DNA of 64,000 bases from Poseidonia sp. (GCA_030827745.1 JAURDW010000002.1:1383-65382); one strand, 5' to 3'; positions 43,734 through 52,479 are shown, counted from the stretch's first letter. A program made the numbers and translations. Notes: a model not told the origin generated them from the sequence alone.

Positions 43734-44204
43734 ATGCCGAAGAAAGACGCATCTGCCGAAATCAAATCCCTTCCCGGTGTAGGGGCAGCGACTGCTCAAA
43801 AACTGGTCGATGGAAAATACACCACCGTGGCGAAAATCGCCAAGGCGAGTGCAAAAGAGTTGCAAAATGTAGGTTTGTCCGCAGGGGTTGCCACCAAAGT
43901 GCTCGCCGCGGCGAAAACCGCTTCCAAGGCGAAAACCGTGGCAAAGAAAGCCGGGTCTGCTACAAAATCCACGGCGAAAAAAGCCGCTACAAAAGCCGCA
44001 TCAAGGGCAAAGAAAGCCGCATCTGTGGCCAAAGAAGCCACGCAGAAAGCGGTGTCCAAAGGTCAGGAAGTTGCTGAAGAGGTCGTTGAGAAAACCTCCT
44101 CCGCCGCCACTTCGCTCAAAACCAAGAAAAGCGATTCAAGGAAAGGCGACACCATCAACGTCCCACGTTCAGTCAAAGACATGCCTTGGTTCAAAAAGCG
44201 GTAA
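43734..44204 (+). CDS. Helix-hairpin-helix (RadA/Rad51 N-terminal-like) DNA-binding protein with a Lys/Ala-rich histone-H1-like tail
   Basis: EIKSLPGVGAATAQKLVDGKYTTVAKIAKASAKELQNVGLSAGVATKVLAAAK resembles the RadA N-terminal (HhH)2. About 100 aa of AKK/TAKK low-complexity sequence follows. Confidence 0.7.
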   Translation: MPKKDASAEIKSLPGVGAATAQKLVDGKYTTVAKIAKASAKELQNVGLSAGVATKVLAAAKTASKAKTVAKKAGSATKSTAKKAATKAASRAKKAASVAKEATQKAVSKGQEVAEEVVEKTSSAATSLKTKKSDSRKGDTINVPRSVKDMPWFKKR

Positions 44205-44247
44205 AACCACCGCTAGGTTTGAAGACCCTCTCGGCAAAATTTGCGCC

Positions 44248-44430
44248 ATGCCAAGGCGAAAGTACGGTCGCCTTCGCAAAACGGTTGAACAACCTGCGAA
44301 GGGCAATTGCTCTCGGTGTCGCTCTGGGAAGCATTGTCCCGTTGACGGCCATGCGGGAAACATCGTTCAACCAAATCGACTTTGGACGGGTCCTGAACAA
44401 ATCAAGAAACGGAAAAAATCCACTTCATGA
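44248..44430 (+). CDS. Possible small basic protein with a CxxC-x4-HC-x4-H cluster (speculative)
   Basis: MPRRKYGRLRKTVEQPAKGNCSRCRSGKHCPVDGH... fills most of an otherwise empty 220-bp convergent gap. No SD or promoter seen. 6-nt overlap with the xerA 3' end. Confidence 0.25.
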   Translation: MPRRKYGRLRKTVEQPAKGNCSRCRSGKHCPVDGHAGNIVQPNRLWTGPEQIKKRKKSTS

Positions 44431-45519
44431 TTCCACGACGCCCCGTGAACTGGTTGAAGGGGTCGTTTCCTCCACAGGCTCAACAACAGCAGGTTGCTCG
44501 TCCAACGCCTCACGGAGTGCTTGGGCTCGGTGGTAAACCTCTCGCAGCGTTTGATCAGAAATTTCCAGATAGACACGGGTTGTGGCGATGGTGGCGTGCC
44601 CCATCAAGCGTTGAATGGTCACCAGATCGGCGCCCCGTTCCAGCAGACCGGTTGCAAAGTTGTGACGCAAGACGTGCGGCGTAAGCTTTCCCTTTGGTAG
44701 GCCAGCCTCTTCGGCGAGAGCATCCATCATCCGCTGCACGCCACGAGGCTGGAGGCGTCGACCACGACGGTTGAGAAAACATGCAGAACGATCGTTGGAT
44801 TCAAGCCGTTCCCGGATGGGCATCCATGCCTGCAGGCGAGCCAAGGTCCGTTGCGTGAACAAGACCAACCGGTCTTTGTCACCTTTTCCTCCCATGATGC
44901 GAGCCGAGCCGTCATCCAGATCAACATCCTCGATGTTCAGGTTGCAGATTTCACTGACCCGCATTCCGGTGTCCAGCATCATGGTAACGGCCAAAGCAGC
45001 CGCGGGGTTTTCGCTGATGTTCGCGGCTTCCAGGACGGTGGTAAGTTCCCGCCTCGTCAAGGTTCGTGGCAGACGTTTTCCGGTTCGAGCACGTTGAAGA
45101 TGGTCGGGCCAAAGCAAGCCCAGCCACCTCACCAAGTGCCGGGCGGCCGCCAGTCGGGCGTTGAACGTCGTTGGGCGGAGGTCGGCAATACCGTGGGCCC
45201 AAAGGTCCAGCCTCCCGTTCATGGGCTCCATGCGAGCAGCAAGGGTTTCGATGGTCATCGTTTCAAAGGTCTCATCGTCGAGGACATCTTCTCCTGGGAG
45301 CGTCGTTTCCACGAGGGCGCGAAGGCCGTAGAAGTAGGATTTTTGGGTGTTTTCAGATTTGTTTTCTGCCTGAAGTTGACGCTGATAACTCGTTCTCCAA
45401 GGCAAATGGCGCAAATGAATCAAACGGGCTGGAAGCTTGAGGTCATTCTCGTCAACCAAACGTCGTTGACTCGGGCGTCGAGCCTTTGGTTGTGGCGTTC
45501 GCTTCTCTCGTTCGTTCAT
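44425..45519 (-). CDS. xerA: Tyrosine recombinase XerA/XerC/XerD family
   Basis: DTGMRVSEICNL, HVLRHNFATGLLERGADLVTIQRLMGHATIATTRVYLEI (R..HxxR..H..Y). The ORF is open to 45612; ATG 45519 was chosen. Confidence 0.85.
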   Translation of the reverse strand: MNEREKRTPQPKARRPSQRRLVDENDLKLPARLIHLRHLPWRTSYQRQLQAENKSENTQKSYFYGLRALVETTLPGEDVLDDETFETMTIETLAARMEPMNGRLDLWAHGIADLRPTTFNARLAAARHLVRWLGLLWPDHLQRARTGKRLPRTLTRRELTTVLEAANISENPAAALAVTMMLDTGMRVSEICNLNIEDVDLDDGSARIMGGKGDKDRLVLFTQRTLARLQAWMPIRERLESNDRSACFLNRRGRRLQPRGVQRMMDALAEEAGLPKGKLTPHVLRHNFATGLLERGADLVTIQRLMGHATIATTRVYLEISDQTLREVYHRAQALREALDEQPAVVEPVEETTPSTSSRGVVES

Positions 45520-45710
45520 TGGCGTCACCGCCCCCCGCCGAAGCGGGTGTGCATCCCGTGTCCCTGAGGACAGAGAGACATAGGTGGCTGTGTTTATCAA
45601 TTCATCGTCCAAGATGAGGGAGAAATGGTTGGGGTCCCGAACGAGCCTTGGCGCGTGGGGGGCCGTTGTACAACTCGGTGAGTTGGAAGAAGGTCAGCAG
45701 CAGGCTGCAC

Positions 45711-45977
45711 TCAAAGGTGCTCGATGCCTTGCTTCTTGACGTTGGCCTTCTTGATCTTGTCTGGGAGCCAAGCAGGGCCGCCAGCAGGCTTGTCGACCAT
45801 CGAGATGCTGCCCGTGAAAACGTGGACACGCTTGGTGCCACGCTCTCGTAGGCGGATGTTCGTGTGTCCGCGCGTTGCGGCCTTCAAGGCTGCACCGCGG
45901 GGTTGCTTGCTCGCAAATACTTGGCTCGTGTCTTTTCCGTTCTCCATGAGAACGAAGTATTTCTTTCCGTCTGACAT
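45711..45977 (-). CDS. Chromosomal protein MC1
   Basis: YFVLMENGK...VFASKQPRGAALKAATRG...IRLRERGTKRVHVF...PAWLPDKIKKANVKK closely follows the Methanosarcina MC1 sequence as recalled. GGAGGT lies 7 nt upstream of ATG 45977. Confidence 0.85.
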   Translation of the reverse strand: MSDGKKYFVLMENGKDTSQVFASKQPRGAALKAATRGHTNIRLRERGTKRVHVFTGSISMVDKPAGGPAWLPDKIKKANVKKQGIEHL

Positions 45978-46010
45978 TTGGATTACCTCCAGTGCACGGT
46001 TACACCGTTG

Positions 46011-46020
46011 AGCATATAAT
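46011..46020 (-). promoter_or_regulatory. Candidate TATA box for the MC1 gene
   Basis: ATTATATGCT on the minus strand, about 39 nt upstream of the ATG, followed by a short leader carrying GGAGGT. Confidence 0.45.
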
Positions 46021-46029
46021 GTTTTCTCC

Positions 46030-46061
46030 AAAAAAAGGCAAGACTGCGCCCCATATGGCGC
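46030..46061 (-). terminator. Hairpin + oligo-U terminator candidate downstream of the RAM-domain gene
   Basis: Minus-strand transcript GCGCC-AUAUGG-GGCGC, then AGUCUUGCC and U7 (plus-strand A7 at 46030..46036). Confidence 0.45.
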
Positions 46062-46126
46062 TCAGTACCCTTTTCCAGCGTCATAAAAATCGTTGATGCG
46101 GGCCATGCACCCCGGTTTTTCACGCT

Positions 46127-46363
46127 TCAAATCAAATCAGCACCTGCGAGGGTTTTGGTGTTGATCACGCCCTCAACGGAACGAATATGCTCAACCACAG
46201 ATTTCGCGATGGTGGAGAGGGCATCGGCCTCAAGTTTGACAATCAAGTCGTGGTCGCCAAACAGAACGGTAGCATCGGTGACATGGGGGAGGGATTTGAC
46301 CGCTTGGTACACGCTTTGTTCGGTTCCTGGTTGAACGTTGATGAGGACGTAGCCTGTTGCCAT
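46127..46363 (-). CDS. Stand-alone Lrp/AsnC ligand-binding (RAM) domain protein
   Basis: 78 aa. MATGYVLINVQPGTEQSVYQAVKSLPHVTDATVLFGDHDLIVKLEA... matches the RAM/ACT-like fold pattern. The track ORF's upstream 55 codons look non-coding. Confidence 0.7.
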   Translation of the reverse strand: MATGYVLINVQPGTEQSVYQAVKSLPHVTDATVLFGDHDLIVKLEADALSTIAKSVVEHIRSVEGVINTKTLAGADLI

Positions 46364-46395
46364 GGTGGGCAGGTGGAAGCGGTGGTGCTTCAACC

Positions 46396-49300
46396 TCACT
46401 CTTGGGATTCGTGGGTTGTTTGAGCGAGCAGCGTCCGGTTCTCTTGGCCGTACACACTCCATTGTTCGGCCGTCCAACCCTCCGGAACGGGGCCGTCCAA
46501 CCAGCGTTTGAACTCCTCCACCGTCCATCCATCCGGGACGAAGGTCGGCCGAGGGGACGGGTCGTCACCGCTTCCAAAAACGGCTTCGTCTTCCACGCCT
46601 TCAAACAAGTCCTCGAGGGAAGCCATGTTCAACGGGTCGGTTTCACCCCAGGCGGTCTCGTTGTCGGCCCGCCCGTTTCGCCGCAGCAAAAGCAGGGTCC
46701 CCAGGACGGCAAAGATGGCAACGATCAACCCCAGGGCCGTTTTCTGCACCCCGTCGCTTTCCACCTCGGCGGCAGGCACCTGCGTTTCGTTGCCCGATGC
46801 AGAGCAGGACAGGCAGGTCTGTGCAGGGCCGACCGTGAGCTGTGTTTCGTGAACAAAGGCCTGCTGCAAGTCGTCCACGCAGGTGATGTTGACCGTCAAC
46901 GTCGTGTTGGCCAGCGACCTTGGAATCGGATACTGCCACCGGAGTTGATTCGTGAACACGCCTTCAGGTCCAGCCGCCATGGCCGATTGACTCAACAGGT
47001 TGCTGGTGGTGTCGAAGAGGTTGTATGCACAGATAACACGGTCCAAACCGTCCAAGTCGGAAACGGTCAGGTTGGTGAAGAGGTCGGTTTCAGGAAGCGG
47101 CTCGGAGTGCGTGACTTCCACGAACTCCGTGGGTGCATGCTGGAAAAGAAGGGAGAGGGATGTTGATTTGACCAACCCGTCGATGTCGGTGACCGAAAGC
47201 ACAGCCTTCCCTTCACCGTCCACCATTGAATTGTCAAGTTTCAAACGAAAACCAAGCCAAAGGATGTCTTGGCCTTCGTAGGGTGTTCGGTCGCATGCTT
47301 CCGGGGCTTCGCCTTCGTCCCATGGCAGGTCCTCGGTTGCCGGTGCGTTGATGGCCCAGCCGGACTGCGTTAATTGAGCGCTGGCTCCGTCAAGAGGGCG
47401 GTCGCTGACGATGCCGACATGGAGCAAAGCGACTTGACCAAAGGTCATGTTGGCGACCGGCCCGTTAGCATCGCATGCCTCAACGACCAAAATTTCAGGA
47501 GGTGTGAGGAAGAACGGAAGTTCGAGCTGAACGAGGGAAGTTCCGCCATGTTCGCCGCGACCCGAGGCTTCAATAAGCAAATTCCCTGTTTCAAGAGGCA
47601 AATCCACTCGTTCAAGATGCACGACGGTGGCGTTGGTGCCAGCCGGAATGTCGAGCGGGAGTTGAATCGGCTGCCCTCCTGGCCATTGGATCTTCACATC
47701 ACCAACAAAGGGGGTGCCAGGGTCATCCACGTCTCGGACGGTCACGCGCAGGTGTTCCTTGCCGTTTCCGACCACGCGGTCGAGCGTCTCGCCCTGGTCG
47801 TTTTGGATGCGCATTTCCAACTGCGGAGGCATGTCGTTCACGCGCACCGTGCGTTGAAGGAGCAAGGAGCCTGTTGGAGCGCGGACCTCAAACGCCACAT
47901 CGCTCAAAGCGCTGCCAAGGGAGAGGTTGTACGATGCGGTGTAGCAGTAAACATGAGCGGTTGGTTGTGGAGCATACGCAACTTCACCCACCTCGCCCCG
48001 CGATGCCAAGAAGAGGGGCACCCCCTCGTCAAGGCGGTAATCCGCATCTTGGACACACGCCGTGAGCGCGGTTTCGAGGTGCCGGTACATGCCCTCTGCC
48101 GGTCGGTTTCCGAGCGGAGAAGCCTTGTTCCAGTCGGCTGGGTCAACACCTGCGACGTGCGGCCCGTACCAAGTGGGAGGTGCGTCAGCTACCCGGGTCA
48201 CGTTCTCAACCAGCACCTTCGCCGTCATGCCTCCGGCGTCGTGAACCGTCGCTCGCATGACGACCGTTCCCAAACTTGCGTTGGCAGGGACCACCAAACT
48301 CGCCTCCCATGTTGTTGGGTTGATTTGTCCGAGGAAAACGGTCGTCCAGTTGGATTCGTTCCACGTTGCGTTTGATTGGACAATCTGCCACTCGACCACG
48401 GCATCGGTCACGTTGACGTCATCGGTGGCCTGAACCGAGCAGATGGTGTACGCACCTCGCGTCACGACCGAGGCGCTGCAGTACACGTCTTGGATGGCCG
48501 GCGGGGCGTTGACCACCATGCTGAACGGGTAGAGGTTGTTCGCAAAATTCCGTTCCTCGCTTTCGTTGTCGTACCGTACTCGGAGGTCGAGGTACCCCGA
48601 TGAAGGCGGAACGACGGTCAAGTTCACCAAAGTGCGGCTTCCGGCTTGGTCGCCAGGTGGGAGGCGAAGCACGGTTTGGTTGAGGATGCTGTTGCCTTGC
48701 ACGGTTTTTACCATAAGGGTCCCGTTTGAGGATGACATGCCCCGGTTTTCGATCAGCATCTGCACCACGGTGTCCTCACCCAAGTTTGCCGGTCCGACCA
48801 CGCGCACGTCGACGATGCTGATGTCGTGGAAGATGTCGGCATAGGGCGCCATCTTCGGGTCGCCGACGACGACGCCCATCCAGCCGGAAAGCCTGTTGGC
48901 AGCAGCATGGCTTTCGGCCAGGTTGTATCCCGAGGCGTACGAGGAGAGGTACACGCTTGGAAGGCCAACGGCGGTGAGGTACGGTTCGTAGACGTACCCT
49001 TTCACGCCAGAAACCCCGTCTTCCAAGAGGTCAGCGATGAGGGACTGGCCGTAGGCCGTCCCCCAATTGAACGAACGTCCACCGGTCGAGACCGCCGTGT
49101 CGGCGATGGAACCGTTGGTCCACTGCATGTGCGGCCGAATGGCTCTCAACAACACCGTGTCGAGATAGAACTCACCGTTGGTCGATGTTGAGGCAATGTC
49201 CACTGGAACGCGGACCTCAAACTGCGTAGCGTTGGCGTCGGGGCGGAACCGAACCGATTGTGCGGCCCATGAAGTCGTGAACGTTTTCATGGACGAAGCG

Positions 49301-51693
49301 TTGGTGGAAAGGGTTTGTCCGTTGCCGTCAACAGCGGTTAGTTCCAATCCGAAGGCCCCGTTGACTTCGCCACCCCGTTTGCCGTAAACGTAGCCGATCC
49401 AAGCGTGCCCCTTGAGATGCTCTGGCACGGTGAAGGTTGTCGTGAGATGCGCAACATCGTTTCCTCCCCCCGAATAGGTGGTGCAATTGTCGACGATGGT
49501 TCGGCGAAGGGAAGTGATGTCGTGGTCGTTCAAGGCGATGTCCCAGACCCGAACTTCGTCGATCATACCTTCGAAAAAAGCACTCCCTGCACGGTTGACA
49601 CCAAGTTTGTACAAGTCAATGTTGGTAAAAGTGCCGTTGGGGTAGGTGTGGGTGTTGACCAGCACACCGTCCATGTATTGACGAATTTGTCCGTTGTCAA
49701 AGACTGAAACAAGGTGCGTCCATCGCTGCGGTGTCACGTCTCCAAAAAGGTGCGTCTGGTTGTTGTGAAGTTTCCACTCGTGGTTGGAAATCATGTGTTG
49801 GAACGAGAGGTTGGACCCTGCTTGGTTGTTGACAGCAAAAGTGGAGGCGTAGGTGCTTTGGTTGGAGGTGTTGGCCCACACCCACTGGCTTACCGACAGG
49901 TTCCCTGCCCAGTCGGCGACATCCACACTTGCCTGATCGTTGACCCCGTCAAACCACAGGCACCCTCCGTCGACACACGTGCGCCAGTTGGACGCGTCCA
50001 TCCCTGTGAGGGTCAGGTTGGCGCTGAGGTTCACTGAATTGTTGGCTGTGCTGCCCGATGCGTCTTCAAGGGACCATCGGTGAACCAAACGGTCGGCTTG
50101 CGGAACGACGTTCCCGTCAACGTAGAAGGCAGAGCTTGGGACGGCGGCCTTGGAAGTGTTGGGCCCCTGCCAGGAAAAAACGAGGCCGTGAGGGCCGCCT
50201 CCCTGGAAAAACTCGATGCGGAAATCGTGAAGCCCTGCGGAAAGGTTGAGGAAGCCGGACCGTTCAACCATGCCGTGCATGCCGTAGTTTTGGACCACGC
50301 TGTTGCCGTTGATCCACAGTTCGGAGCCGTCGTCGGAGTTGATGAAGAAACTCCAATTTCCCGAGAAGGGCACGTCAATGAGGCCGCTAAACCGTGCCCC
50401 CCAATGCTGTTTGAAGCGGTCATCAAGACCGGGATAGGCGTTGTTGGAGGCGCCGTGGTTGAGGTGGGGCTCAACTTGGACCCGGTCAGGTTCTCTGTCG
50501 ATGAGGGATGGCATGGATGCGGCGTTAAACGAGACGCCGTCGTTGTCGAAGTATTCGCCGTAGATGCCCTGCATCAACGCTCCCGCATCTTGCTCGCAAG
50601 CCGTTGCAACGGTCGCTTCAAACGCTCCGTTTCCGCCCTGCTTTGTTCCGGTTTGGTAGTTCCAGGCAAAAAAATCGTCTGCTGCAACCGTTGGCCCGCT
50701 GTGATTCCAGTACCGCGAACCGCTCTGCCAGGTGGCGTCAAGGGTGTCAAAGCCCCCGTTTGACAAGAAGTTTTGATTCCAGTTCCCGTCGTTGCTGCCC
50801 CACGAGGCATACCCCATCACGTTGGAGATGTTGGTGATGAACCCCGTTTCTTCGTCAAAGAGGACCGGGAGGCCCATGCTTTCGTTCAATGTGGTGTTGG
50901 CCGTGTAGAGGTTGTCGTTCCAGAATTTGTACCCCGAGCCGTTCCGGTTGGTCGCCAAATCGAGAACGAAGGTCCCGCGTTGTCCCAAACTTTGGTTCGC
51001 CCGCTCGATGAGTTCAATGGCGGTGTCCACGGTGTATCCCGTCAACCGTGTGACGAGGAAAAAGCCGTATTTGTCACGCGTGAACGGTTCCATGGCTTTA
51101 CCAGCCAACGGACCGTAGTCATGGTTGAACCAATAATTGCTGCCGATGGAAGCGTTGTATGAGCCACCCAGCAAGGCCAATTCTTGGTCAAAACTTGCTT
51201 TGTCGTTTCCACCGGAGACGCGAAGCGGCATCCCCTTGGTGGTGACGAGGTAGTTGAGGGCATTGGAGGAACTTCGGTTTTGAAGCATCTCTAGGAAGGG
51301 AAGGGCGAAGAAATTCGTGAACTGATTCCTGTTCACCGTCTCTCCGGTGGGCGTCCCCGTTTCGTTGAAGATGAAGACGCGGTCCAGAGAGATGTTTCGA
51401 GCAGCGACAAAGGCCCAGCCGATGGTTCGGCTTTCAGCCGAGAGGTTGTTGATAAGGACGCCAACATCGCTGTAATCGATGACGCTCCCGTAGGAAAAAC
51501 CGCCTGGAACCGCAACGTTCCGCCACGGCGTCTCGTTCCAAGGGCTGCTGTCCTCCCCGAGGAGAAAACCTTCGAACAGGGGAGCATCGTTGTCCAGCTC
51601 GGACGAGGGGGTGTCGGCTCCTTGAGGTTGCAACGGGGTCATCGACAGCAACAGTAGCACCACAAAAGCGAGACTGCTCCGCTTCGTGTGCAT
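46396..51693 (-). CDS. Giant secreted surface protein (1765 aa): unassigned N-terminal domain, PA14, LamG/ConA-like lectin, multiple Ig-like modules, C-terminal TM and cytoplasmic tail
   Basis: Signal peptide MHTKRSSLAFVVLLLLSMTPLQP at ATG 51693. PA14 (GIYGEYFDNDG...SDDGSELWINGNSV...LHDFRIEFFQGGG). LamG (CLWFDGVNDQ...RWTHLVSVFDNGQIRQYMDGVLV...FEGMIDEVRVWDIAL). TM ALGLIVAIFAVLGTLLLL. Many N-x-S/T sequons. Confidence 0.85.
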   Translation of the reverse strand: MHTKRSSLAFVVLLLLSMTPLQPQGADTPSSELDNDAPLFEGFLLGEDSSPWNETPWRNVAVPGGFSYGSVIDYSDVGVLINNLSAESRTIGWAFVAARNISLDRVFIFNETGTPTGETVNRNQFTNFFALPFLEMLQNRSSSNALNYLVTTKGMPLRVSGGNDKASFDQELALLGGSYNASIGSNYWFNHDYGPLAGKAMEPFTRDKYGFFLVTRLTGYTVDTAIELIERANQSLGQRGTFVLDLATNRNGSGYKFWNDNLYTANTTLNESMGLPVLFDEETGFITNISNVMGYASWGSNDGNWNQNFLSNGGFDTLDATWQSGSRYWNHSGPTVAADDFFAWNYQTGTKQGGNGAFEATVATACEQDAGALMQGIYGEYFDNDGVSFNAASMPSLIDREPDRVQVEPHLNHGASNNAYPGLDDRFKQHWGARFSGLIDVPFSGNWSFFINSDDGSELWINGNSVVQNYGMHGMVERSGFLNLSAGLHDFRIEFFQGGGPHGLVFSWQGPNTSKAAVPSSAFYVDGNVVPQADRLVHRWSLEDASGSTANNSVNLSANLTLTGMDASNWRTCVDGGCLWFDGVNDQASVDVADWAGNLSVSQWVWANTSNQSTYASTFAVNNQAGSNLSFQHMISNHEWKLHNNQTHLFGDVTPQRWTHLVSVFDNGQIRQYMDGVLVNTHTYPNGTFTNIDLYKLGVNRAGSAFFEGMIDEVRVWDIALNDHDITSLRRTIVDNCTTYSGGGNDVAHLTTTFTVPEHLKGHAWIGYVYGKRGGEVNGAFGLELTAVDGNGQTLSTNASSMKTFTTSWAAQSVRFRPDANATQFEVRVPVDIASTSTNGEFYLDTVLLRAIRPHMQWTNGSIADTAVSTGGRSFNWGTAYGQSLIADLLEDGVSGVKGYVYEPYLTAVGLPSVYLSSYASGYNLAESHAAANRLSGWMGVVVGDPKMAPYADIFHDISIVDVRVVGPANLGEDTVVQMLIENRGMSSSNGTLMVKTVQGNSILNQTVLRLPPGDQAGSRTLVNLTVVPPSSGYLDLRVRYDNESEERNFANNLYPFSMVVNAPPAIQDVYCSASVVTRGAYTICSVQATDDVNVTDAVVEWQIVQSNATWNESNWTTVFLGQINPTTWEASLVVPANASLGTVVMRATVHDAGGMTAKVLVENVTRVADAPPTWYGPHVAGVDPADWNKASPLGNRPAEGMYRHLETALTACVQDADYRLDEGVPLFLASRGEVGEVAYAPQPTAHVYCYTASYNLSLGSALSDVAFEVRAPTGSLLLQRTVRVNDMPPQLEMRIQNDQGETLDRVVGNGKEHLRVTVRDVDDPGTPFVGDVKIQWPGGQPIQLPLDIPAGTNATVVHLERVDLPLETGNLLIEASGRGEHGGTSLVQLELPFFLTPPEILVVEACDANGPVANMTFGQVALLHVGIVSDRPLDGASAQLTQSGWAINAPATEDLPWDEGEAPEACDRTPYEGQDILWLGFRLKLDNSMVDGEGKAVLSVTDIDGLVKSTSLSLLFQHAPTEFVEVTHSEPLPETDLFTNLTVSDLDGLDRVICAYNLFDTTSNLLSQSAMAAGPEGVFTNQLRWQYPIPRSLANTTLTVNITCVDDLQQAFVHETQLTVGPAQTCLSCSASGNETQVPAAEVESDGVQKTALGLIVAIFAVLGTLLLLRRNGRADNETAWGETDPLNMASLEDLFEGVEDEAVFGSGDDPSPRPTFVPDGWTVEEFKRWLDGPVPEGWTAEQWSVYGQENRTLLAQTTHESQE

Positions 51694-51808
51694 CGTTCGT
51701 TGCACCACTGGGGCCTCTTTAGCCGTATCGCTCAAATGCCGCGACCTTCCAGCGAGGGGTGATGAATCGCGGAAAAAACTCTTCTGCGCCATGGAAAAAA
51801 GGCGCAGA

Positions 51809-51818
51809 GCATATGTAG
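51809..51818 (+). promoter_or_regulatory. Candidate TATA element for the macro-domain gene, preceded by the stem-loop TCTGCGCC-(10 nt)-GGCGCAGA (51783..51808)
   Basis: GCATATGTAG is centred about 27 nt upstream of ATG 51841 (leaderless geometry). The inverted repeat was read directly. Confidence 0.35.
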
Positions 51819-51840
51819 GGTGGCCCTCTATGGAGAAACG

Positions 51841-52479
51841 ATGGCTGAACTCTACATGGCAAGAACATGCAAGCACGGCGTCCTGCGCGTCATGGGTGGC
51901 GAGGTTTGGGACCATTCCGGCGATGTGCTCGTCACGCCCGCCAACAACCGGCTTTCCGGACGGGAAGGTTTGGACAAAATGATTCACCAAAAAGCGGGGA
52001 AGGAATTGACGCAGGTGACCCGCAACATCTGTCTGGAGATGCGGAAAATCAACGCTCCACCTTGCGCCGTGACACAAAATGTCGTGACCGAACCTTTTGC
52101 CCTTGCAGAGAATTTCACCCACATCATCCACGCCGTTGGGCCCGACTGCCGGCGCCCCAACCAAGACGAAGCACGTCGGGAACTTCTTGCTGAAACCTAC
52201 GAGAATCTTTTTGCCACCATTGAAGAAATCGGTGGCATCACGCAGGTGGTCTCTCCGCCGCTCTCCATGGGCATTTTTGCCTACCCGCATCGAGAAGGCG
52301 CTCGCCTCACCCTCCAAGTTTTGCTTGAGATGTTGGACGGAGAGAAAGATTTCGGGATTCGCAACTACACCATCGTGGTCAAGGAGCGGAACTTCATCAG
52401 CAACATGCGAACGGTGTACCGAGAAGGGGAAGACCAATTTCCTGGCGTGGACACCACGATGGAAGAATCAGTTCGCTAA
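51841..52479 (+). CDS. Macro-domain protein (ADP-ribose binding/hydrolase family)
   Basis: VLVTPANNRLSGREGLDKMIHQKAG, IIHAVGP, and PPLSMGIFAYP follow the macro-domain motif order. Confidence 0.8.
   Translation: MAELYMARTCKHGVLRVMGGEVWDHSGDVLVTPANNRLSGREGLDKMIHQKAGKELTQVTRNICLEMRKINAPPCAVTQNVVTEPFALAENFTHIIHAVGPDCRRPNQDEARRELLAETYENLFATIEEIGGITQVVSPPLSMGIFAYPHREGARLTLQVLLEMLDGEKDFGIRNYTIVVKERNFISNMRTVYREGEDQFPGVDTTMEESVR

Noticed and set aside
42600-46400. The XerA-containing segment as an integrated mobile element or provirus
   Set aside because: No flanking tRNA and no direct repeats that I could spot by eye. There is no visible compositional shift and there are no capsid, replication or transposase genes. 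The neighbours are core-type genes (Sec61-beta, MC1). It cannot be fully excluded without a repeat search or comparative genomics.
51694-52437. N-terminal 248 codons of the 2013-aa track ORF (46396..52437)
   Set aside because: This part is antisense to the well-supported macro-domain gene and has no coherent protein features. A textbook signal peptide begins at ATG 51693, so the gene was trimmed to 46396..51693.
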